Source of the DNA: Candidatus Thorarchaeota archaeon
GTDB lineage: Archaea > Asgardarchaeota > Thorarchaeia > Thorarchaeales > Thorarchaeaceae
DNA length: 13,935 nt
Direction: 5' to 3'
NCBI GenBank assembly: GCA_016840855.1
Contig: JAEORO010000001.1
Location: forward strand, 1 to 13,935
Shown: in pieces, positions 8,208 to 13,935 of the stretch
Position numbering within the stretch: the stretch's first letter is position 1
Layout of the letters: every line of letters begins with the position of its first letter
Notes under the pieces: model-generated
What the model was told of the DNA's origin: nothing
The model's input: only the letters and a program-made list of their open reading frames with translations
Database searches by the model: none
Translations under genes and position numbers: made by a program

Positions 8208-8630
8208 CTAGTCCTTGATACCCCACCAGTCCGGAACCTCATGCTCCAACCAAACGGGATCTGGTGTGACCTTATCCTCTGTGTCTTTCCCCTGACTGTC
8301 ATGAATCACTCGATTGAAAGTCTCACTTGGACTTACTGTCATGTCATCCTCCACTACAACCTGACAGGACAAGAAGACAGCAGGATGATCGAACTGGGTC
8401 TGACCAGATTCTATCAATTTCTCAAAGCGCTCCTGTTGCGCCTGAGTCTTCTTTGTTGGTACTCCCTTGTGAATGGTAACCCTGCAGGTCGTGCACTTAG
8501 CATTTCCTCCACAGGTATGGACTATGTCGACCTCATGATCGATGAGAGCTTTGAGCAGCTTTATCCCTCTCTCCACTGTGATTTCCTTCTGAACCTCGCC
8601 CATGAAATCGACAACTGTAACTTTCGGCAT
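8208..8630 (-). CDS. 2Fe-2S ferredoxin-domain protein with acidic C-terminal extension
   Basis: It has the CGGNAKCTTC (C-x5-C-x2-C) motif plus LSCQ as the fourth ligand, a beta-grasp-like N-terminus (PKVTV) and a ~40-aa tail ending in VPDWWGIKD. Confidence 0.88.
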   Translation of the reverse strand: MPKVTVVDFMGEVQKEITVERGIKLLKALIDHEVDIVHTCGGNAKCTTCRVTIHKGVPTKKTQAQQERFEKLIESGQTQFDHPAVFLSCQVVVEDDMTVSPSETFNRVIHDSQGKDTEDKVTPDPVWLEHEVPDWWGIKD

Positions 8631-8773
8631 AGTTTCAAGTTTTGTACATTATCACTAAAATGAATTACGTGTGGGTAATGTTTGAGATGCTATCATTAAA
8701 GAACTGAGATAGGAAGAGGTGAATAAAAAGAAGAAACGAGAGAAGAACGTCCTATCACTAATTATTCTGAAAC

Positions 8774-8834
8774 TACATCTGTTTCTCTTGCCTGTATAGC
8801 AGATAGCCTGGTCCGAATGTTTCGCTAACCATGA
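8774..8834. repeat. Imperfect direct repeat, copy A (partner 10807-10866)
   Basis: The 20-bp core TACATCTGTTTCTCTTGCCT is identical in both copies. Overall identity is 49/61 with one indel. Copy A abuts the tetR stop codon. Confidence 0.9.
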
Positions 8835-9404
8835 TCATGAATGAATTGCATTCCAAGCAATCTCACATGCTTGCATGATGTTGTCCTCACCCATCTCGAT
8901 TATCCCAGCATGATGGTAATTCAGAAGCGTGATGATTGGAGCGTAAGCAAAAGCTGTCAGAACCTGCAGAGGATAATCCTTTATGATCTTCTCCTTGATG
9001 CCGCGCTTGAGAAGTTCATCGATTGTTTGATAGAGTCTGAAATCAGCAGGACGGATATTCTTCATCATTGTTGTCTGTTCAAACTGCTCCCGATATGCTA
9101 GATATTCTGGATGCTTGAGATTGAATATGAAGGAGTGGTACCAGATTGACTTGAATGCCTCTTCTGTGGTCATATCTTGCTCAAGCCCCTCCAATGCGCC
9201 TTGACTCATTTTTTCCCGAATATCGATATAGAGATTAGTGAAGAGATCCTCCTTATTATCGAAGTAAATATAGATGGTTGCTGGGGAGACTTTAGCCCTC
9301 TTTGCAATCTTTGAGATTGAAATTCCATCAAAGCCTAGCTCATTAATCAAATTGATAGATGCATCAACAATCGAATCATATTTTGCTTGGTCGCGTGTTC
9401 TCAT
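8835..9404 (-). CDS. TetR/AcrR family transcriptional regulator
   Basis: The N-terminal HTH reads GFDGISISKIAKRAKVSPATIYIYFDNKEDL, followed by a helical ligand domain; 189 aa. Confidence 0.95.
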   Translation of the reverse strand: MRTRDQAKYDSIVDASINLINELGFDGISISKIAKRAKVSPATIYIYFDNKEDLFTNLYIDIREKMSQGALEGLEQDMTTEEAFKSIWYHSFIFNLKHPEYLAYREQFEQTTMMKNIRPADFRLYQTIDELLKRGIKEKIIKDYPLQVLTAFAYAPIITLLNYHHAGIIEMGEDNIMQACEIAWNAIHS

Positions 9405-9422
9405 TGTGAGTTATTGCATGCC

Positions 9423-9480
9423 AAGAAAGATATATAAATGAATAGTCATTCACTTTACTATTAGTGAATGAACGTTCACT
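9423..9480. promoter_or_regulatory. Divergent tetR/MBL promoter with TATA box and two palindromic operator candidates
   Basis: A purine-rich BRE-like AAGAAAGA is followed by TATATAAA (9431-9438), which reads TTTATATA on the minus strand. Two related imperfect palindromes, AATGAATAGTCATTCACT (9437-9454) and AGTGAATGAACGTTCACT (9463-9480), lie in inverted orientation to each other. Confidence 0.75.
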
Positions 9481-9495
9481 TATGAGTGTGTAAAT

Positions 9496-10173
9496 ATGAA
9501 CGACGCTTACATCACCAGGATTGAGTCCGGTGGAGTCAATTGTTACCTGATTAAGGTGAATGACGGATTTGTTCTTATTGACACCGGTTATGCAAAGAAT
9601 CGTGACACCATTGATGCAGCTCTAGCTAAGGTTGGATGTGACACCCTTAACCTCATACTACTAACCCACGGTGACTTTGACCATGTAGGCAACTGCGATT
9701 ATCTGAGAAAGAAATTCGGCTGCAAAGTTGCAATCCATACTGATGATGTAGGGATGGTCGAGAAGGGGGATATGTTCTGGAATAGAGAGATGGGTCGTGC
9801 AAAGCGAGCCATTGGGAAACTGTTCACTCTCGTCATGCGAATTAGGTTGGATGAGGAGGATAAATTCTTACCAGATAAACTGCTGCAGGATGGACAGAGT
9901 CTTAGTGAGTTTGGATTCGATGCAATTGTACATCATCTCCCCGGGCATTCCAAGGGCTCCATCGGACTTCTGACTTCAGGTGGCGATTTCTTCTGTGGTG
10001 ATGTCTTCACCAATGTGTCAATGCCCAAGGAATCCAACTTGCTTTCCAATCGAAATGATTACAACAAGAGTCTAGAGAAAATTTGGAGTTTCGACATCCA
10101 GACAGTTTATCCTGGTCATGGTTTGCCCTTCCACATAGATGCACTCTCACATATCTTTCAGGAGGTTGACTAA
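9496..10173 (+). CDS. Metallo-beta-lactamase-fold hydrolase
   Basis: Motifs present: VNCYLI, LIDTG, THGDFDHVG (a variant of HxHxDH), PGHSKG, FCGD and YPGHG. Confidence 0.92.
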   Translation: MNDAYITRIESGGVNCYLIKVNDGFVLIDTGYAKNRDTIDAALAKVGCDTLNLILLTHGDFDHVGNCDYLRKKFGCKVAIHTDDVGMVEKGDMFWNREMGRAKRAIGKLFTLVMRIRLDEEDKFLPDKLLQDGQSLSEFGFDAIVHHLPGHSKGSIGLLTSGGDFFCGDVFTNVSMPKESNLLSNRNDYNKSLEKIWSFDIQTVYPGHGLPFHIDALSHIFQEVD

Positions 10174-10176
10174 CAC

Positions 10177-10755
10177 TTGGTAAATTCGAATAGTGAAAAA
10201 AGTAAAAATGAATACGATCAGGGAAAAATACGCCGCATAGCACTTGTGAGTTTCTCACTAATGATGGTTGCTGCGGTGCTTGTGATTACCTTACTTCAGA
10301 TGTCTGGCTTTGCAGGTACAATGGAAGACACTCAGCTCGGTTTCAATGCAGAAACCATTAGGAATTATTTTTCACTCATGAATCCTACAGATATGGGGCT
10401 CTTCATTACAGCAAACCTCGCAGATTATCTCTTCATGCTGTTCTATGGCATCTTCTTCTTCAGCGCCGCCAGACTCATTTCATGGAACTATAAGAGAGGT
10501 CTCCCAGAGAGGATTGGTCTATCGCTTGCATGGGTGGGTGTCATAGCTGCTGTTCTAGATGGGATCGAGAACGTATTCTTGCTCTCGATGGCTGTTGACC
10601 CAGTTGGGTTCGCTAGCTGGCTCGCGATTGCTCACTCAAGCTTTGCCTTTGCTAAGTTTCTCTTCATGTATGTAGCAATGGCTTGGACAATGGTGGGTTT
10701 TGTGGTGAATCGTACCCCCCTAGCTACACATCTGAAGTCAATACAGATTGTTTGA
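10177..10755 (+). CDS. Hypothetical four-TM membrane protein, co-operonic with the MBL hydrolase
   Basis: A TTG start lies 3 nt after the MBL stop, with GGAGGT inside the MBL 3' end. There are four hydrophobic segments, with DYLFM and DGIEN polar motifs in the membrane region. Confidence 0.78.
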   Translation: MVNSNSEKSKNEYDQGKIRRIALVSFSLMMVAAVLVITLLQMSGFAGTMEDTQLGFNAETIRNYFSLMNPTDMGLFITANLADYLFMLFYGIFFFSAARLISWNYKRGLPERIGLSLAWVGVIAAVLDGIENVFLLSMAVDPVGFASWLAIAHSSFAFAKFLFMYVAMAWTMVGFVVNRTPLATHLKSIQIV

Positions 10756-10768
10756 GATGGGAAGAAGA

Positions 10769-10791
10769 TGAGGGAGCTTGAAGCTCCCTCA
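10769..10791. terminator. Perfect palindrome/hairpin after the MBL operon
   Basis: TGAGGGAGCTT-G-AAGCTCCCTCA has 11-bp arms and starts 13 nt after the stop codon. No T-tract follows. Confidence 0.5.
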
Positions 10792-10806
10792 GATATCAAA
10801 TTGGAT

Positions 10807-10866
10807 TACATCTGTTTCTCTTGCCTTTACAGTAGATGGCTTGGTCGAATACCTCACGAGCCATGA
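10807..10866. repeat. Imperfect direct repeat, copy B (partner 8774-8834)
   Basis: It has the same 20-bp core as copy A and ends in the shared CCATGA. Confidence 0.9.
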
Positions 10867-10919
10867 GGATACATGAAGTGAAATTAACTCAGATTTCTAT
10901 CTGCGAGACCTTCACAAGA

Positions 10920-10962
10920 TTTATATGGTTTCAATATCAATACCGATATCGCAAGCGATATC
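10920..10962 (+). promoter_or_regulatory. padR promoter: TATA box plus palindromic operator candidate
   Basis: TTTATATG is at 10920-10927. The perfect inverted repeat GATATCGC-AA-GCGATATC at 10945-10962 lies over the expected transcription start. Confidence 0.65.
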
Positions 10963-11012
10963 AATAGTGATAATACTTGCTCCAAGACATGAATGGAGGT
11001 GAAAGAAAAAAC

Positions 11013-11552
11013 ATGCGTAAACCACATAGACACAGACACTGGTTTAGACGAACCTCATCAGTCCCAAAAGGTTACCTTCGAGGGAGAGTCCTTCGACTGC
11101 TCAATGAGAGACCTATGTCGGGTGCTGAGATTATGAGTGAGATTGAGGAAAGCACTGGTCATAGATGGAGACCAAGTCCTGGATCTGTTTATCCGCTACT
11201 CTCATGGCTATTAGACTCAGGTTATACGAAGGAACTGGCTGATACCGAGGCAGGAGTCCGACAATATGAACTAACTGAGGAAGGTAGGAAACTTCTAGCT
11301 GAGCATGAGGAACGAAGAGCACAAGAAAAAGGTGCTAGATTCTTCGGACCCCAGTTCGAGGAATGGGATGGTGCCATACCTGAAGAGGCGAGAGAACTAG
11401 CTGAGAGCTGGCACAAGATGCGGAGAGCCAGTTATGCACTCCGTAGAAAACTAAGAAAGGAATACTCTGAAGCACTTGTATCGGAAGCGAAGAAACTGGT
11501 GGATGAATTCACGGAGAAGATCTCCAGAATTGCTGAATTTGAAAAGGCATAA
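11013..11552 (+). CDS. PadR family transcriptional regulator
   Basis: The sequence includes KGYLRGRVLRLL, SGAEIMSEI, WRPSPGSVYPLL and YELTEEGR. The start is revised to ATG 11013 because GGAGGTGA (10995-11002) precedes it; the ORF track begins at TTG 10977. Confidence 0.92.
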   Translation: MRKPHRHRHWFRRTSSVPKGYLRGRVLRLLNERPMSGAEIMSEIEESTGHRWRPSPGSVYPLLSWLLDSGYTKELADTEAGVRQYELTEEGRKLLAEHEERRAQEKGARFFGPQFEEWDGAIPEEARELAESWHKMRRASYALRRKLRKEYSEALVSEAKKLVDEFTEKISRIAEFEKA

Positions 11553-11563
11553 ACTGCATCCAC

Positions 11564-11602
11564 GGTGGAGTGGATTCCTTCACTCCATCACACTCATTTT
11601 TT
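11564..11602 (+). terminator. Hairpin plus T-tract after padR
   Basis: GGTGGAGTGGA-ttcc-TTCACTCCATC forms a stem with two G-U pairs, and TTTTTT follows at 11597-11602. Confidence 0.6.
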
Positions 11603-11630
11603 CATATCCTGTATTAACTAGAAAGAGAGA

Positions 11631-11780
11631 GTAAGTAAGCAAGCACTCTCTCAATTTACTTTCTAAAAACTGCCTCTCTTGACTTGCAACCGGCACCATA
11701 TTGGATAATAATAGAAGAACGGTGAAATAAACAGGAACCATCCATGAATCACAGAATGAAGAAGCAAAACTAACGATGAA
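11631..11780 (-). pseudogene. Possible degraded relic of an isoprenylcysteine carboxylmethyltransferase/PEMT-like membrane protein
   Basis: The stop-free frame FIVSFASSFCDSWMVPVYFTVLLLLSNMVPVASQERQFLESKLRECLLTY resembles the family C-terminus (TM, then EExxLxxxFGxxYxxY) in register, but the motif residues are eroded. This is pattern resemblance only. Confidence 0.25.
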
Positions 11781-12018
11781 TTATGATTCAAGGCTTGAAA
11801 TCTAACCATTGTCTTATGAGAATATATTTCTAGAAACAACATTTCTCCTGTAATCCTGTAAGATAGATGGTCAAGCCCGGAGAGAAATCTGCTTTTCCAT
11901 TTGCTAGTTCTGCTGATGTGATATGTAGGTTATTGTTCTCTATCCCTCATAACACTGAAAACCCCTTTAAGATCCCTCTTAAGATAAAACAAGCTCCCAA
12001 TAGCTATAGTGATTCGTT

Positions 12019-12111
12019 TTGACGAAATTGTTTGGTTCAAACGGAGTTCGCGGCATTATAAACAAGGACCTTACCGTTGATATGACCCTCAAATTGAGTC
12101 GTGCAATAGGC
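12019..12111 (+). pseudogene. 5'-terminal relic of the phosphohexomutase
   Basis: It translates [31 protein letters not shown] versus [31 protein letters not shown] at 4052-4144 (73/93 nt, 25/31 aa), with ATG>ACG. The upstream sequence ~11948-12018 also resembles ~3980-4051. The sequence then jumps to DNA resembling 5461 onward. Confidence 0.95.
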
Positions 12112-12220
12112 ATAGAAGACTATGCATTTCCATTGTTGTTTCATAAACCTTATCTCCACCCATGAAACGTCTATTTCAACGGGAAAGCATCCTTGTTTTA
12201 ACTAATGATGTGATTAGTTT

Positions 12221-13384
12221 ATGTTGAGAGTGGCATATGTAAGTAGTTATTCCCCTAGACAGTGCGGAATAGCTACCTTCACGGAAGATTTGACCAAGAG
12301 TATAGACAAACTCAAAGTGCTGGAGCCCTCAGCTATTATAGGCATTAATGATCCTGGTTCATCTTATAACTATGGAACAGAAGTAGTATTGCAAATTGAT
12401 GAGGACGATATATCAAGTTATGAAAAGGCAGCCGACTTCATTAATCGCTCAGATTTTGATTTAGTAAATGTACAACATGAGTTTGGGCTTTTTGGTGGAA
12501 TGTGGGGCGAATATCTCCTAACATTCCTAAAAAAGCTGGACAAACCTATTGTCACCACAATGCATACCACGCTTTTCCCTGATGCTGAGATATTCCAAAC
12601 TCCGGAAAGCGCTGCTACACACAAAAAAGTAGTGAAGGGAATTGCAAAATCTAGTTCTGCCATCACAGTCATGACAAATATGGCGTCTCGCATCCTTCAG
12701 AAAAGCTATCGTGTTAACAAGGAAGAAATCAAGGTCATCCCACATGGAAGCCCTAGTTTCCCATTTGTGCCAACTGAACCTGCAAAGAAAGATTTGGGTT
12801 TGGAAGGTCGGACTGTTCTGTCAACTTTCGGTCTCTTAAGTCAAGACAAGGGAATTCAGCATGCAATCAAAGCATTACCAGAGATAGTAAAAGAGCATCC
12901 TGATTTACTCTACTTGATAATTGGGGTTACTCATCCACAAGTCAGGTTGAGCGAGGGCGAGAAATACAGGAAGCGTCTCATAAGGCTGGTAAATAGACTA
13001 AATCTGAGAGATAATGTCCGATTTCACAATCGTTTCCTCAGCAAGGATGAATTGATACAGTACCTACAAGCCACAGATGTATACATTTGTCCCTACATTA
13101 AAAAAGAACAACTCTCAAGCGGAACGGTCACTTATGCGTTGGGGGCTGGAAAGCCTATCATATCCACTCCTTTCTACTACGCAGAAGAGCTTTTAGCTGA
13201 AGACAGAGGTATCCTTTGCAAGTTTAGCAGTCCTAAATCCATTTCCGATGGTTTAAGGCAACTCTTGGACAACCCTCAAAAGAAAGCTCATATTGAGAAA
13301 CTTGCATACGAACACGGCCAAAGCATGACGTGGCCTCGCGTAGCCTCGAAATATGCTGACCTGTTCAAAGAGTTGACGCAGTAG
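12221..13384 (+). CDS. Glycosyltransferase family 4 (mannosyltransferase-like subgroup)
   Basis: Motifs present: SSYSPRQCGIATF, VQHEFGLFGG, IVTTMHT, IPHG, TFGLLSQDKG, GVTHP, CPY...QLSSGTVTYALGAGKPIISTP and TWPRVA. GTGAT lies upstream. Confidence 0.93.
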   Translation: MLRVAYVSSYSPRQCGIATFTEDLTKSIDKLKVLEPSAIIGINDPGSSYNYGTEVVLQIDEDDISSYEKAADFINRSDFDLVNVQHEFGLFGGMWGEYLLTFLKKLDKPIVTTMHTTLFPDAEIFQTPESAATHKKVVKGIAKSSSAITVMTNMASRILQKSYRVNKEEIKVIPHGSPSFPFVPTEPAKKDLGLEGRTVLSTFGLLSQDKGIQHAIKALPEIVKEHPDLLYLIIGVTHPQVRLSEGEKYRKRLIRLVNRLNLRDNVRFHNRFLSKDELIQYLQATDVYICPYIKKEQLSSGTVTYALGAGKPIISTPFYYAEELLAEDRGILCKFSSPKSISDGLRQLLDNPQKKAHIEKLAYEHGQSMTWPRVASKYADLFKELTQ

Positions 13385-13392
13385 ACAGGATA

Positions 13393-13935
13393 GTGATTTC
13401 CATCGAGCTACCTTCAATTAATTGTCTCTGGCTACATAATATGACCGACGACACGGGCATTCTTCAGCATGCAAAGTCTTCGATAGTTGATCGGCGAGAA
13501 GGATACGCTACAGATGACAATGCCCGGGCACTTCTAGCTACTCTCAGATACCATGAACTAGTGGATGGAGAAAGAAACCTAGGGCTTCCTAGAACATACC
13601 TCAGTTTTCTCCTATATGTCCAGAAGAAAGATGGACGACTTCACAACTACATTGGATACGACCGTAACTTTCTTGATGATATAGGTTCAGATGATTCGCT
13701 CGGACGTGTACTCTGGGCTTGCGGCTATGCTCAAGAAACTTCAATTCCTGAAGATATACGAATAGCTGCAAAGGAAATCTTTGACAAGAGTCTTAGTTGG
13801 GCGTTGAATTTAGGTTCACCTCGGGCTCAAGCATTCACCATCTTAGGTCTCTATCATTATGCTAGAGCCTTCCCTGACGACAAGAATCCTCACCTAAATG
13901 TGATTCACCTTGCAGACGAGCTCTGTGAACTCTAT
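13393..13935 (+). CDS. Six-hairpin-glycosidase-like protein (copy 2), 3'-truncated by the window edge and absent from the ORF track
   Basis: The GTG start lies 8 nt after the GT4 stop and the frame stays open for 181 codons to the edge (MISIELPSINCLWLHNMTDDTGILQHAK...LADELCELY). About 148/181 aa (~82%) are identical to 5636..6700 with no indels. Confidence 0.92.
   Translation, partial: MISIELPSINCLWLHNMTDDTGILQHAKSSIVDRREGYATDDNARALLATLRYHELVDGERNLGLPRTYLSFLLYVQKKDGRLHNYIGYDRNFLDDIGSDDSLGRVLWACGYAQETSIPEDIRIAAKEIFDKSLSWALNLGSPRAQAFTILGLYHYARAFPDDKNPHLNVIHLADELCELY

Noticed and set aside
8181-8663. 160-aa plus-strand ORF
   Set aside because: It is the antisense shadow of the ferredoxin, which has a clear cysteine motif. 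This ORF has no recognisable motif.
8774-10866. Direct repeats as a CRISPR array, IS ends or integron attC sites
   Set aside because: There are only two copies, 2 kb apart and ~20% diverged. They are not inverted or palindromic, and no cas, transposase or integrase gene is in the window.
10977-11012. Longer PadR N-terminus from TTG 10977
   Set aside because: The strong GGAGGTGA RBS lies inside this stretch and points to ATG 11013.
1366-12745. Remaining short ORFs in the track (1366-1551, 6257-6466, 6315-6500, 7338-7532, 8120-8302, 8841-9101, 10007-10258, 11131-11322, 11222-11416, 12418-12693, 12527-12745)
   Set aside because: All lie within or largely overlap better-supported genes, on the opposite strand or in another frame, and have no independent evidence.
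5636-13935. Duplication as a simple assembly artefact or a DGR template/variable repeat pair
   Set aside because: The copies are only about 73-82% identical (nt or aa, depending on the segment), with codon-biased changes and distinct deletions. The differences are not adenine-specific and no reverse transcriptase is present. Read mapping would still be the formal check.

Overview
Archaeal-style accessory region. The lineage is probably Asgard (Thorarchaeia-like), inferred from BRE/TATA promoters, GGAGGTGA/GTGAT-type ribosome-binding sites, a membrane-anchored SBBP beta-propeller protein and an HTH-transmembrane regulator. The left part holds the 3' part of the SBBP-repeat surface protein, a stand-alone PD-(D/E)XK nuclease-like gene and a three-gene membrane-tethered wHTH module. 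From about 3.87 kb to the right edge, the window looks like an old tandem duplication of a unit ordered 2Fe-2S ferredoxin ... phosphohexomutase, GT4 glycosyltransferase, six-hairpin-like protein, which has since lost genes reciprocally. Unit 1 (~3873-8199) keeps the mutase and the six-hairpin-like gene and also carries GH130 and CBS genes, but has only short relics of the ferredoxin and GT4. Unit 2 (~8200 to the end) keeps the ferredoxin, GT4 and a second six-hairpin-like gene but has only a 31-codon relic of the mutase. None of these relics, nor the second six-hairpin-like gene, is in the ORF track. The surviving genes suggest an uncharacterised mannoside synthesis/phosphorolysis pathway. Unit 2 also contains a TetR/MBL-hydrolase/membrane-protein cassette flanked by ~60-bp direct repeats with clear twin operator candidates, and a PadR gene with a palindromic operator candidate. 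No rRNA, tRNA, CRISPR array or transposase was seen. All identities were counted by hand and no database searches were run.
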